NCBI RefSeq assembly: GCF_036971445.1
Contig: NC_091474.1
Coordinates: forward strand, 123,876,001-123,940,000
Length of the DNA stretch: 64,000 nucleotides
Reading direction: 5' to 3'
Source: Narcine bancroftii
Taxonomy: Eukaryota
Positions 23,375-37,559 of the stretch are shown here, piece by piece. The notes beneath the pieces are model-generated. The model worked only from the letters and a program-made list of their open reading frames with translations, was not told the origin of the DNA and ran no database searches. How positions within the stretch are numbered: position 1 is the stretch's first letter; every line of letters starts with the position of its first letter. Both the position numbers and the translations under genes were made by a program.

Positions 23375-25335
23375 TTAGAACCATAGAACATGGCAGCTCA
23401 GAAAACAGGCCATTCAGCCCTTCTTGTCTGTGCTGAAACATCATTCCACTAATCTCACTGACCGGCACCCATTTCATAACCCTTCAGTCCTCACCCATCC
23501 ATGTATCTATCCAATTTATTCTTAAAAGTTAAGGGTGAGCCCACATTTACCAAGTCTGTGTGATGAAGTTCCCCAAATGTTCCCCCTAAACCTTTCCCAT
23601 TTCATCCTAAACGCATATCCTCTTGCATTTATCCCTCCTAATCTAAGTGGAAAGAGCCTACGCTCATTAACTCTGTCTATATCCCCCATAATTTTGTAAA
23701 CCACTATGAAATCTCCCCTCATTCTTCTACGCTCCAAGGAATAAAGTCTTATTCTATTTAATATTTTCCTGTAACTCAACAGTTGAAGACCCGGAACATT
23801 CCTAGCAAATCTTCTAAGCACTTTTTCAATCTAACTGATATCCTTCCTGCATTTTGGTTACCAGAACTGCACACAAATCTCCAAATTTGACCTCAATAAT
23901 GTCTTCTACAACCTCACCATAGCATTTCAACTCAAGATGCCAAAAGCTTTCTTTACAACCCTGTCTACCTGTGACACCACTTTCAGGGAATTATGTTTCT
24001 GTATTCCCAGATCCATGTGTTCCTCCTCACTACTCAGTGCTCTACCATTTACTGTGTATGTCCTATCTTAGTTTGTCCTTCCAAAATGCAACACCTCTCA
24101 CTCTGCATTAAATTCCACCTGCCATTTTCTGTCCCATTTTCCCAGTTTGTCCAGATCACTTTGAAAGCCTACCTTGCTCTCCACAATGCCTCTAATCTTA
24201 GTGTCAGCAGTAAACCTGCTGATACACTTTCCCACATTCTCATCCAGATTATTGATATAGACAACTAACAACAATGGTCCCAGCACCAATCCCTTAGGCA
24301 CACTACTAATCACAGACCTCCAGTCTGAGAAGCAATCTTCCATTACTACTTTCTGTCTTCTCCCATTCAACCATTTCAAATTCAGTTTTCAATCTCTCCA
24401 TGGATATCTAGTTTCTGAACCTTCTGTACTAATCACCTATGTGGGATCTTGTCAAAGGCCTCACTAAAGTCCATGTAGACAACATCCACATCCTTTCCTT
24501 TATCTACTTTTTTGGTAACCTCCTCAAAAAAAAATCTACAAGCTTCATTAAACACAATTTGCCATTCTCAAAGCCATGCTGACTATCCTTAATCAGCCTT
24601 GGCTGTCCAAATACTTGTATATCCAATCTCTCAGAGAACCCTCTAATAATTTACCTACTACTCACTGGCCTGTAATTTCCTAGTTTACTTTTGTAGCCTT
24701 TTTAAACAACAGAACATCATGAGTTACCCTCTAATTCTCACCCGTGGCTAAGGACATTTTAAACATTTTTGCCAGGCCCCTGCAATTTCTACACTAGTCC
24801 CCCTCATGGTCCGTGTGAATATTATGTCAGGCCCGTGGGATTTATCTACCTTATTCACTGTAATCCTCTTTTCTCTATATGTTCCATGCCACTATTGCTT
24901 GTTTCCCTTCCTTCTTTATACACTATGCCAATTTCCTGGGTAAATACTGACACAATAAAACTGTTTAAGATCTTCCCTATCTCGTTAGGCTCCACACATA
25001 GACAACCACTTTGATCTCCAAGGGGACTAATTTTGCCTCTTATTATCATTTTACTCTTAACATACTTGTAGAAACCTTCTTAAATAGTTTCTGACATTTT
25101 CTATACTCTTCTAGTACTTCATTTGCTACTTGTTGCCCATACCTGCTATACGCCTCTCTTCCTCTTAACCAGATTGATAATATCCCTTGAAAACCAAGGT
25201 TTCCTATGCCTGTTATTTTTGCTTTTAATCCTCTCATAATTTCACATTTGAAGGCCTTCCACTTACTGAACATGTCCTTGCCAGAAAACAACCAATCCCA
25301 ATCCACTCTCCCTAGATCCTTTCTCATTTCCACAA
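23375..25335 (-). mobile_element. CR1 LINE, 5'-truncated, RT region
   Basis: WLNGRRQKVV...SVPKGLVLGPLL..YINNLD...FTADTKI; LYSLERRRMRGD; short-repeat tail. Confidence 0.9.
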
Positions 25336-25676
25336 AATATATAAAAAGAAAAACAACAAAATTATATAAAAGAAAGAAAAACCTCCTCTAATTCTCCATC
25401 CCCACCCTCCTCCCCCCAGTACCCTACAAACTAAAAAAGAAAAAGAAAAGGGACAAGAAAACCACCGCAGGAATACTTCACTTTCTGATACTTTTAAACT
25501 TTTATATATATCCATAGAAGCCGATAGGAGAAATGGAATGTTGCGATTCAGTTACATTTTAATACCAACAGTTTGTAAGTTTTAAAGAGGAAACACACGG
25601 CTACCACAGCATAGAGGCCCACAGAGAACAAAGGAAAAGGAAAAGAAGTGGGGAAAATGACTCAAAATGGCACAGG

Positions 25677-25928
25677 GACATAGAAACATAGAAGATAGGA
25701 GCAGGAGTAGGTAATTCGACCCTTCGAGCCTGCTCCGCCATTCAACGAGATCATGGCTGATCTTAAAGTTCAGTACCCCGTCCCCGCCTTCTCTCCGTAA
25801 CCTTTAATACCCTTATACTGAAGAAATAGATCTAATTCCCTCTTAAATATATTTAATGAACCTGCCTCTACTGCCCTCTGTGGCAATGAATTCCACAGAT
25901 TCACCACCCTCTGGGTATAGAAATTCCT
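25677..25928 (-). mobile_element. Short CR1-type LINE 3' end
   Basis: (ACATAGAA)2 tail and a typical CR1 3' UTR and ORF end. Confidence 0.7.
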
Positions 25929-25939
25929 CAGTTTGGAAA

Positions 25940-28900
25940 ATTCAAGACCTCACAAGAAGACTGGTATGACTATGTTGAAAGATTTGATCAACACTGTCTT
26001 CCCCATAATATTACTGACACATCAGTTTTGAGCAAAAAATGGGCAGTTTCTGATCCAAGTGGGAAACAAGACATTTAAACTGATGAAATCTCTGTTAGCA
26101 TCTAAAAGACCAAGTACAAAAACTTATGCCCAGTTGTGTACTGTAACAGGCGAACATCTATTTTAAGACATTAGTTATTGCAGAAAGACACAAATTTTAT
26201 TTCAGAAATCAGAAAACAGGCAAACCTGTAAGCAAATATTTAGCTGAATAATGTAATCTGTGAGAAACCTGTGAGTCTGGTGTATTCTTAAACGAGGTAT
26301 TAAGATACAGGTTAGTCATGGGTTAGCTGACCACAGTGTACAACTGCAATTATTAAGTACAAAGATGACGGACTAGGCAGAGCCAGTGACCATCCACGCG
26401 GTCTCACTCAGGCTCCAAATGTTTTGGGTGTTGCAGCCACATGTGTGATTCAAGCAGGTCGAGGCTTAGTTCCAGCTTCAACACATCGCCACCAATGACA
26501 CCTGCTACTTCTACGTCATGAGCGCACTCGATCAAGATACAGCAGTAAGGATCATAGACTACCTACGGCAGCCTCCAGAGCAAACCAAATACATGGCCCT
26601 CAATGAGCTGTTAACCCGTACTTTTGGGCTCTCCCTGCGTGAGCGTGCTGCCTGATTGCTGCATATGGACAGATTGGGGGACAATGCCCCATCCGCCCTA
26701 ATGAGCGAGATGGTCACTTTGACCAAGGGCCACAAGCCTTGCCTGGTGTTCGGGCAGATCTTTCAGGAGTGACTGCCTGAGGCTATCTGACGCTTGCTCA
26801 GAGATGAGGACTTCAGCAACCCTTGGAGGGTTGCGGCCTGGGCGGACATGGTCTGGAGAGAGAATAAAGATACCAGTCCCATTTTAGACCACATCAGCAA
26901 GCCCCTTGAACAGCTGACTGAGAGGCAAAGACCAGTGGAAAGGCAAATTAATACCCTGGCAAAATTCTGCTACTATCATTAATGATGGGGTGCAGAGGCC
27001 CGTCGATACCACCAACCCTGCGGGTATCTGGGAAACACCCTGGGCAACCATCATTGATGGCTGTGGTGGTTCATCCACGACATAGCCTCCTCTATGTTTG
27101 AAACTCCTTGTCAGGCAGGCATTTCCTGGTCGACATCAGTGCCGAGATAAACGTCCTGCCAGCCTCCCCCCCAGGCCTCGACACCCACAACACCAAGGAT
27201 GAGGGCAGCTAACAGCTTCTCCATCTGAACTTTTGGTACCCTCACCATCCCACTTTGCTTTAGCAACAGTCGTTTTACATCATGTTTCACCCTTGCGGCA
27301 GTGGCGCAACTGCTCCTGGGGCTGACTTCCATCGTGTCCATTGCCTGCTTGTAGACCTCAAGGGATGCAATTGGTGCACACCAGAACTTTTCAAATGCTA
27401 CCTCTGGGGGAAGCCCAACTAACTGGCCCCCACATTGAGTCTATAATGCTTTCAAATAACAAATTCACCTGCATCCTGGAAATGTTCCTCTCAAATATTG
27501 TGGCACCACAGTTCTCCGTGGCCGAGCCAAAGCATGGGGTAGACCACCACATTCTGACCAACAGCCCCTCCGCTCCATGCCAGGGCATGCTGACTCCCTC
27601 CAGAAAAGCTTGGCCTAGTAAAGGAGAAGTTCAAGAAAATGGAGGAGCTAGGAATTGTGCAGCACTCCGACAGTCCCTGGGCTTCCCCCCCCCTCCACAT
27701 GGTGCCAAAATCAGTGGTAGGGTGGGGGGGGAAGGCCATATGAAAACTAATGCCGAGTCAACAAGGCCACCACAGATTCATACCGGCAGTGGCCCACATC
27801 ATTTTTCATCTCTTTGTGCTAATGGCGGGCAAGTCAAAGGACATTACTCGTGATGATGAGTCTTTGAGGGCATTCCAGAAAACCAAAGATGCGCTGGCCA
27901 AGACCACCCTCCTGGTACACCCCAGACCAGAGGCATCTACGGCTCTGACAGTCGGCGCCTCCAGCACAGCGGTAGGAGGTGTACTGAAACAGCTCATTGA
28001 TGGCCAATGGCAACCCCTAGCCTTTTTCACCAGGTAACACCACCGCACAGTGCTCAAATACAGCACTTTCGACAGAGAGCTATTGGTGCTGTTCCTGGCA
28101 GTAAGACATTTCCATTACATTTTGGAAGGTTTGGGTTAGGCAATATAAAGCCTTCACCTATCACAAGCCATTTACCTTCGCCTTCCAAAAGGTATCAGTC
28201 CCATGGACAGCCTGACAGCAGAGACACATGTCCTATGCGTCCAAATTTACCACAGACATACAGCACATCGTGGGGAAAAGCAATGTGGTAGCCGACGCTT
28301 TGTCATGCCCTACGATCGAGCCAGTCCACTCCCTGTCCCAGGGGGTCCACTATGTGGCACTTGACAAAGTGCAGCAGCAGGATCCTGAGATCCCCACATA
28401 TAGGACAGCCATCTCTGGTTTCAGGGTGGAAAATGTCCCAGTTGGCCCAGCTAACCTGACACTCCATCGTTCTGGCTGCATGAAGGTGCCAGATTTTCGA
28501 CGCTATACACAACATGGCACATCTGGCAATACGAGCCACAGTCAAGATGGTGGCTAGCAGGTTTGTCTGGCACGGCCTCTACAAGCAGATCAGACCTGCA
28601 TGACCTGCCAGTTCTCAAAAGTGCAGATTCATACAAAGGCGCCAATACAGACTTTTGAACCTGCGCAGTGCAGGTTCAGCCACGTACATATTGATATAAT
28701 GGGGCCGCTACCAGTTTCCTGTGGGGCGAGATACCTGCTGACCGTGGTTGACCACTCCATGAAGTGGCCTGAGGTGGTCCCGCTAGCTAATACCACAGAA
28801 ACCTATGCTAGGGTGCTCATTGACACATGGTTGTCCAGATTCAGGGTCCCAGACCACCTAACCGCAGACGGGGGCACAATTTACTTTTGGGCTCTGGACA

Positions 28901-29530
28901 GCGTTGACTAACTTCCTGGGGACACCAAACCGCACCACCCTCAGGCCAATGGGTTAGCAAACCAGTCCCACAGGCACCTATCTAAAGGCAGCCTTGATTG
29001 CCCGGCTCAAGGATCTCAACTGGATGGACAAACTTCCTTGGGTCTTGATCACTGGTTCAGGGCAGGGGGGTGATGTTGTGTAACAGCCTGGGCACGGAGA
29101 CTCAGACCAGCCCACAAAGTGAATGCGGTGACCATGTGGACCTGGGAGTGACACCGACTGTTGACCCAGGTGACTTCCCACATGGCAGGAAGAAGGTGAA
29201 CTGTGGTGGGTATGCCAGCCAATCGAAGCTGGCGATCCGATGACACGGTATCCTGATGTCAAGGTTGGGACGCATATAAATGGGACTGCCAGTGCAATAA
29301 ACCGGTTTCGACTTCAAGGCTTAGGTGTGCATGTCGTTCTTCTCCATGCTCGTGTAGTGAAAACACTAAAAAATAATTAAATGGACAGCGGAAGCTATTA
29401 ATCAAGAACAACTTCATTCCTTACCAATTACAGCAAAGACTATCAGCAAAGAAGTATGGAAAGAAACTGCACTCTCAAAGGTCCTATATTTCACATTAAA
29501 TAGGTGGCCCGAGGCCCAAGCCATTCTCCC
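25940..29530 (+). mobile_element. Second Gypsy-1-related relic, split by another Gypsy
   Basis: gag relic at 25940-26365 (LVIAERHKFYFRNQK); 29370-29520 encodes IIKWTAEA...PITAK, matching the Gypsy-1 ORF 3462-3848. Confidence 0.65.
26365..29365 (+). mobile_element. Degraded Gypsy element with 3' LTR only
   Basis: gag SALDQD; GGGAAAC junction; protease FLVD; RNase H WQPLAFF and GKSNVVADALS; integrase HVHIDIMGPLP; PPT and LTR at about 29079-29365. Confidence 0.85.
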
Positions 29531-29751
29531 AAATTGAAACCTTAATACTGTATACACGATGCAATGAAATATTAATTGAAATAGGGTTTTAATCTTTTTA
29601 ATTTTCCCTAAATTCCCAAATCCAATATTCTTCATTTATTTTTTGATATAAAGTTTCATAATGGCAGAATGATAGCAACCATTTATGATAACCTGCTGGA
29701 TTTAAAATTGGTTCAGGGAATGCAATCAGGAGTGAATGGGAAAGATAGTAG

Positions 29752-32700
29752 TGTAGCCACGCGCTACTCAAAGTAAAGACACACACACAAGAATAGTCAG
29801 GTATAATTCTGCTTTATTGGGTCTGAAAGCCCGACTTTTATATTGTTCACGTTCCTGCTATTTGCCCATTTGCTAATGTCACTGCTTGCATAACAATAGT
29901 GGGTCTTCCGTGTGGGGGTACATTATTACATGACAATGCCTTCTTCCCCGCGCGCTTGTCCCTCTCTGTTGGCTGCGCCATGTTGGGGATGCTGGCCCCT
30001 GTGCTGCCTTCACTTCCCAACTGCCGGTTCACTTGCTGAGGCCAGTGCCACTGTGCGGTCTGCTGGCCCCTGGTTGGGCTCGCCACCCGGAGCTCCAGCC
30101 TGATTACCACAGTGGCGTACTGCTACATGATACCCACCCCCACTGGCGGTATAGTCTTGAGTGACTACCGGCAATGTTTCTGTGGGCTTTGGCAGTCTGT
30201 CTCTCCCATGCGGTGCTGGCGTCTTGACTGCACGAGTCGAGTCCAGTTGTGCTATAACCTGTCTATAGTGAAGATCTCCATCTTGTCTCTGATCTCCAGT
30301 TTGAACGTGGCACCTTTGTTGCATATAACCCAGAATGGACCCTCGTAGGGCCTCTGTAGTGGTGAGCGGTCTACAAATGAAAACTTACTCATAGTCCTTC
30401 ACGACTTTGGGTATGCTGGTCCTGGTTGGTGGAGTTAGGATCAGGTTGCCAAATCATTCCTGTAGCTTGCAGAGAAGTGCTGTTGTGTCATCTGGTTGCT
30501 TGTCCGGGGGTAGTGTTAATTCCCTGGGGACCACCAAAGGGATTCCGTTATCGAGCTCAGTGGAGGATATGTTGAGGTCCTCTTTTGGCGTCGTGCGGAT
30601 TTCTAGCAGTACCCATGGTTGCTCGTCTACCCAGATGGGTCTTTGTAATTTGGCCATGAGGGCGAACTTGAGGTGCCTTTGGAAATGTTCCACCAGCCCG
30701 TTTAATTGCGAGTGATAGGCTGTGGTGTGATGTAGCTGAGTGCCCCACAGGCTGGCAAGGTCGGACCATAAGCTGGAGGTGAATTGGGGCCCTCTGTCTG
30801 ATGTAATGTGCGAGGGTATGCCGAACCGTGCCACCCAGGAGGAGATAAGGGCCCTGGCATATGAGGTCGTGGAGGTGTCTGCCATCTGGACTAATCGACC
30901 ATTGTGAACAGGTAGCGGAACCCCTAGTATACTGGTAGGGGTCCCATGATGTCCATGTGGACACAGTCAAACCTTAACTCCTTGGGCTCGAAGTACTGTG
31001 GTGGGACTCTGGTATGCTGCTGCACCTTGGCTATTTGGCACTGTATGCATGCCTTTGCCCACTGACCTGTTTCCGGAGACCTTTTGGTGGCCACCAGTCA
31101 GACTATGGTTCGTGTGGATGGGTGAGCCAGCCCGTGGATGAAATCAAAAACCTGTTGACTCCAAGCAGCTGGAACTATGGATCTGACCTGTCTGGTGGCC
31201 ACTTCACACAGGAGGGTGGTGTTACCTGTGCCGACAGGGAAGTCCTGTAGCAGTCCTGAGATGGCTGTCCTGTACTGGGGCATCTTTGTATTGTCTTGCT
31301 ATGCCTTCACCAGTGCCACAAAGTCCACTCTCTTCAATAGCACGTGGATGTACTGTCTGGATAAGGTGTCTGCCACCATGTTCCCCTTGCCTGAGACATG
31401 TTGCACATCTGTGGTATACTCAGAGATGTACGATGGATGATGTTGTTGGTGAGCTGACCAGGGGTCCGAGATTTTGGCCAGGGTGAAGGTTGTGAATGTC
31501 TTGCCTTTGAGGAAGTACCGGAAGTGGTGGATGGCTAGGTACAGTGCCAGTAGCTCTCTGTCAATCGCACTGTCCTTCAGTTCCAGAGGCTGAAGATGCT
31601 TGCTGAAGAAAGCCAGCGGTCGCCAGCTCCCTTCGATCTGCTGCTCCAGAACACCGCTGATCAATGTGCCTGAGGCATCTACTGTCAGGGCCACTGGAGC
31701 GTCTGCCCTTGGGTATGTTAAAAGATTGGCACCCACCAGGGCTTCCTTGGCCTACTTGAAGGCTTCCGCCAACTCTTTGGCCTTACCTGCCATCTGGGCG
31801 AACAAGGGTTGCATGATTCTGGCAGCTGAGGGGATGAACCTGCGATAAAAGTTGATCATCCCAATGAAATCTTGCCCCTGGTTGTGCTGGGCCTAGGAAA
31901 CTTTTGGATGGCCTCCACATTGCTGGGCAGTGGTGTGGCCCCTTCCTTGGTTATGCTATGACCCAGGAAGCCAATAGTCTCTAGCACAAACTGGCATTTG
32001 ACTGGATTAATCATCAGTCCAAACTCACTCAGCCGGGTGTAGAGGTTGTGGAGGTGCACCAAGTGTTCTTGCTGGTCTTTGCTCACCACGAGGATATCAA
32101 GTGCCACCCAGGTCTCGGCCCACCGCATTCATCAGCTCCTGGAAGGTTTGCGTGGCATTCTTCAGCCTGAATGGCATGTGCAAGAACTCGAACAGGCCAA
32201 ATGGGGTGATGATGGAGGTTTTGGGAATGTCATCAGGGAGTACTGGCATCTGATGGTATCCCCGCACGAGGTCCACTTTTGAGAAAATCTTTGCCCCGTG
32301 CAGGTTGGCCACAAAGTCTTGGATGTGCAGCATGGGGTAATGATCTGGTGTGGTTGTCTTGTTGAGACGGTGGTAGTCACTGCACGTTCTCCAACCCCAG
32401 TGGCCTTGGACAATATGTGAAGGGGAGAAGCCCATGGGCTGTCTGACCACTGTACTATGCCGAGTTCCTCCATCTTCTTGAACTTCTCCTTTGCTAGTTG
32501 GAGCTGCTCTGGGGTGAGTTGTCTTGCTCGTGCATGGAGTGGTGGGCCTTGGGTAAGGATGTGGTGCCTCACACTGTTCTAGGGCATCTCTGTGGTGAAC
32601 TGGGGGTAATCACTGCTGGGAACTGTAAGGATCTTGGCGTATTCGTCTGTGGATGGCTGAATCGAGCTGAGGTGGGGAGCTGGGAGTCTGGCGTCCTTGA

Positions 32701-33638
32701 GGGGGACAGTTCGGAATGTCTGTGCGTGGACCAGTCTTTGACCTTTCAAGTCCACCAGCAGGCTGTGGGCTTGGAGGAAGTCTGCCCTGAGGAGCACCTG
32801 CTCCACTGCTGTCAATCTGAACACCCATGAAAAGAGGCTTCCTCCAATCTATAGCTGACGAGGAACTGCCGTCTGGATTGACAGTTCATCAAATACAGGA
32901 GGCTGTCTTGTTGGCCAGCCATTGTGGTCATCTGGCATTTCCCTGGAATATGCACGGGGGTCAGCATCGGCGGGCTCTGGAACTCATCGCTGATGGTTAA
33001 AGCACCAATGGTCATTGGGCTCACCTCCCTTGTGGGATTGGTGTTCTCTTGCTGGATCGATCTGGTTCTGGCCACGGGGTTTGGTGATGAGCCCCATGGA
33101 TGCCGAGCACTCTCTTTTCTATTTCCAGAGAATGTTCGCTTGTGTTGCAACCTTTTGGAGGTTACTGAAGTTTGCATCTGCTAGGAGCAGATGGATGTCT
33201 TCTGGTAGTTGCTCCAAGAAAGTCTGCTTGAACATTATTCAGGGTTCATGCTTCCCAATGAGGGCTTGCATGTCAATCATCAGGGCCGATGGGGCCTGTC
33301 CCCCAGCCTGTCAAAGTGAAGCAGATGTGATCCTCTTTTGCGCCTTGAGAGTCCGAATGTTTTGATGAGAAGGGCCTTGAAAGCAGTGTAGGCACCTTCC
33401 GACAGGTGCTCCTGTATGAAAATGGCCAGCCGGCTCGCCGTGTCCTGGTCCAGGGCGCTCTGCTGTGATCTGGCAAATGTGAAACTGCGCCTCAGCCTGG
33501 TCAAACCACATGTGTGGCTGATTTGTCCAGAAGGCTGGAGGCTTCAGGGCAACTACATGGACTACTGGTTCACTTATCATTGGAGTTTAGATGCTGTCTA
33601 AACCGTCAGGGTCACCAAATGTAGCTGTGTGCTACTTG

Positions 33639-33692
<54 letters not shown>

Positions 33693-34039
33693 ATGTAGTC
33701 AGGTATAGTTCTGCTTTATTGGGGCTGAAATGACTTTTATATCATTTGTGTTCCCACCATTGGCCCAATTGCTAACATCACTGCTTGCATACCAATAGTT
33801 GGTATCCCACGTGCAGGTACATTCTTACATGACAAAGAACTTCCCTGCATGCTTTTCCATCTCTGTTGGCTATGAAGTGGGGGTAAGCGCCATGTTGGGG
33901 ATGCTGGCCCCTATGCTGCCTTAGCCTCCTGACTGCTGGTTCACTTGCTGGGGCCAGTGCCACTGCATGGTCTGCTGGCCCCTGGTTGTGCTCACCACCC
34001 GGAGCTCTGGCCCGATTGCCGTGGCAACGTGCCGCTACA
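29752..34039 (-). mobile_element. Near full-length degraded Gypsy with both LTRs
   Basis: LTRs at 29752-30127 and 33620-34039; perfect TSD GTAG; PBS-like TGGTGACCCTGAC; gag, RT (IFSKVDLVRGYHQ), RNase H (DRELLALY), integrase (ITSDRGPQFTS). Confidence 0.93.
33645..33690. repeat. (AC)n microsatellite inside the LTR
   Basis: About 23 AC units; the sister LTR has only about 5. Confidence 0.95.
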
Positions 34040-35171
34040 GTAGAATCTATCATTTTCAGATGAAGATTAGAATACTGCACTTGACCTGATTAACAATACC
34101 ACATTTTCTGCACAACAATGTTTATTGCAATTCAAAGTGGTATATAGAATACATTTGTCTAAAGTTAAACTATTGTTTTCATTCTGACATGGATCCATTA
34201 TGTGACAGATTTAGAATTGAGGCTTCAAAGGCATCACAGATCTATATGATTTTGGATTTTCCAAAACTGAAAGAACTTTGGGAATAATTTTTCCAAATGG
34301 ATCTTTCCAAAGAGATTCTCAGGATTAAATTAGATCCTTGCCCTTGTATTGTTCTGTTTGGTTAGTCTTAATTATTTCCTTGAATCTATTTCAAAAAAAG
34401 TCTTTCAGCTTTTACTTCATTGATAGCCAGACGAGCAATTTTGATTAAATGGAAAGATAGTTTACCACCTACTCATATGCGATGGATACAGGATATTATG
34501 TAATGCTTCAGTTTGGAGAAAATTAGATATAATATTAAAGAAACTATGATTGAATTTGACAAAATATGGAGCCCATTCATGGACTAATATCAGAACTTGA
34601 TTACAGAAGCTTAAGTGCTCTGGGGTTACTTGCTTGTTGTGTGGGGGCTGGAATCTTTTGCTGATGACCGTGTTTAGTGAGAGGGATAGGATTAGTATGG
34701 GGAGGGGAGTGTCTTTCCTTTTTTTCTTTTCTCTTACTTTATTATCTTTCTATGATTTGTTTTTTTTTCTTTTTTTTCTTTCCCTTTTTTCTTTACATTT
34801 AGAAATTATTATTATAGCAGCAGTCCTATGCAACATCCAAATGGCCTCGCCAAAGACAAAGTTCACAGTCCTTACCACCAACTGAGGAGTTACTGCCCAA
34901 AAAGGCAAAGTGTCCGAAAAAGTTACAAAATTCCTGCCAATTCTACCTTGCCAAGAAAATCAAGAAGGAAAGACATCCTCCAGAACACCTGAGGGACTAT
35001 ATACAGTGACTTGGCTGTTTAACATGTCATAATTACATTGTAACGTAATTGTAATTCACACCATTAGTCCATGTGTACCACGTAGCTATTGTAGTTTGGT
35101 AAAAGTGCTGCCTATATGTTATTTTAACAAAGCATTTATTTTGTGTGTGGGGGTGGGGGGGTGGGGAAGAG

Positions 35172-35318
35172 TGTTATGAATATACACCTACGTGCATGTG
35201 ACATCATCACGTATATTTATTGTGTGCTGTAGACAACCGTTTTAGTTTTAGTAATAAAGAATGAATGAAGCAACATGTCTCCGTGTGCTCATATATTTCT
35301 ATACCTAGAATACATAAC
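35172..35318 (+). mobile_element. Short 3' LTR preceded by a polypurine tract
   Basis: G-rich tract GGGGAAGAG, then TGTTATG...CATAACA with AATAAA. Confidence 0.6.
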
Positions 35319-35369
35319 ACTTTCTGCCTGCTAACGTTGCCTTGAATTTGAACAGGAACAAATAAACTC

Positions 35370-36830
35370 TGAACTTCTAAAAATTTCACTTCTGAAGGCC
35401 TCCCACTGACCAGGCACACCCTTGCCAGAAAACAACTTGTCCCAAAACACGTTTACCAAATCTTTTTTCATTCTCTCAAAATTGGCCTCTCTCATTTAGA
35501 TTCTCATCCCAAGCATCAGACCTATCCTTCTCCATAATTATCTTGAAACAAATGGCATTGTGATCACTTAACCCAAAGTTTTCCCCTGTGCACACAAACC
35601 TCCTTCACTTGTCCCGCCTCATTCTCTACTAGGAGATCCAATATTGCGCTCTCTCCAATTGGGACTTCTGTATACTGATCAAGGAAACTTTCCGGAACAC
35701 ATTTGACAAAGTCTAACCCTTAAAGCCCTTATATCATTTGGGTGTTTCGGTCAATCAATGGAAAGTTAAACTAACATACTTTTACAATTTGTGATTCCTG
35801 AAGGTACCTTCCATCTTTCTGCAGATTTGTTCCTCCAATTCCTGCTGACGATTGGATGATCCCTAATACAATCCAATTAATGTGGTCATTCCCTTCACAT
35901 TTTTCAGTTTCACCTCTCCATCCTCTGGATGAGCCCATTCATCTGGCCTGTCTGAGCACTGCAGTGAATTTTTCTCACTGGCAATGCCACACCTCCCCTT
36001 TCATCCCTCCCCCTCCATTACATCTCAAACAACAGAACCCCAGAATGGTGAGCTTCCAGTCCTACCCCTCCTGCAGTCTGACCATTTGCCAAGTCTCACT
36101 CATGGGCACTATGACATGATACCATGTGCCAATCCACAGTCTAAGCTAATTCACCCTACTACCTGCACCATCTTATCTTAAGCTGCACTATCCTCTTGTA
36201 TCACCAGCATGTGGCATGGATAGCAATCCAGAGGTCACAATCCTCAATGTCTTGTCCTTTCACTCAGCTCTAAATCCAAGAACTCATTTTGTAGGACCTT
36301 CCTACACACGTCACTGGTCCGGACATGGATCATGACATCTGGGTGCTCACACTCTTTCTAGAGAATGTAGTGGTTCAATCTGAGATATCCCAGTTTCTGA
36401 TACCTGAGAGGCAACATGCCATCGGGTGTCTCGATCTTGTCCACAGACGTATCATCTGTTCCCCAAGCTATCAAATTCCCTATCTCTAGACTTTGTGCCA
36501 GACATCTGTCTGCTGTGGTATGTCCCTGGTAAGCTGTCCCCCTCAACAGTATCCAAATGGAACAGCCTGAGAGGTACCCTGCAATGACTGCATGTTTCCT
36601 TTCCCTCTTCTGATCGTTACTCATCTCCCTTCCTCCTGCCTCCTTGGTGTGAATTCATCCCTGTAACTCCTACCTATCATCCCCTCTGCCTCCTGAATGA
36701 TCCAGCAATTGCCAGCTCCAGTTCCCTAACACAATCTGCAAGGAGCTGGAATTGCATGCACTTCTCACAGATGAAGCCAAAAGGGACACTGGTGGCTTCC
36801 CTAATATTCTATAAGAGATATTTACACCTG
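35370..36830 (-). mobile_element. CR1 LINE fragments (ORF1 and endonuclease region)
   Basis: Degraded CR1-like sequence, including an esterase-type ORF1 segment. Confidence 0.6.
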
Positions 36831-37559
36831 CACAGGCTGCCATTCCCACTATTCTCTCTGAAATAAGAGGAAAAATCCATGAGTTGACCTGACCTGTGCC
36901 TTCTTGCTGAATCAGTCTTTTCTCTGCACGGCAATTGTTACTGTGAACTCCGTACATTGTCAGCTGGAGGCGTGAGGCACCAATAGAAACTCACTGTTGA
37001 CTGCCCTACAGGCAGGAGGAAACGATATCAATGTTCACACTGGAGGAGTAGCCAGGCCCACGAGTCAGGTTCACGGATAGACACGGGGTTAGATGAGTGC
37101 TAGAATCAGCTGGTTTGACACAATCACCACCTTGTCCATCACTCTACGTGCATCTACAAACCACAAGAGAAGTTGATTAGTTCACCTCTCATCCTTCTAG
37201 GCACCACCAAGTAAAGATTGACTCCCACTTGAGTTCAGGCCTTCACCTCAGGCTCTGATTTTTAGATGGAACATAAACAAACCTGCAGATGCTGGAAATA
37301 TGAAATAAAGACAAAAAATCCTCAGCAGTTCAGACAGTGTCTGAGAAAATGAGAAACAGAGTTGCAAATGAATCTAAAAATCTCCTTCTCACCCTGGAGA
37401 CAGTGACTGAATACAATGTTTCCAGGATGGTCTGCCTTTATCACTAGTTTTGTGCCCCCATCTGCTGGTGTTTGAATGAGCAACTGAAGGGAATCGTTTA
37501 TCTCCATTGACCCTTTCAGTTCAATTAGAGTCTCATCTGATGAAACTGATAAGGTTCCT

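Larger units (their letters stand above)
29540..34800 (+). mobile_element. L1/Tx1-like ORF2 C-terminal relic interrupted by the Gypsy at 29752-34039
   Basis: QCLLQFKVVYRIHLSK and ARRAILIKWK-type motifs at 34110-34460; T-rich 3' region. Confidence 0.6.
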
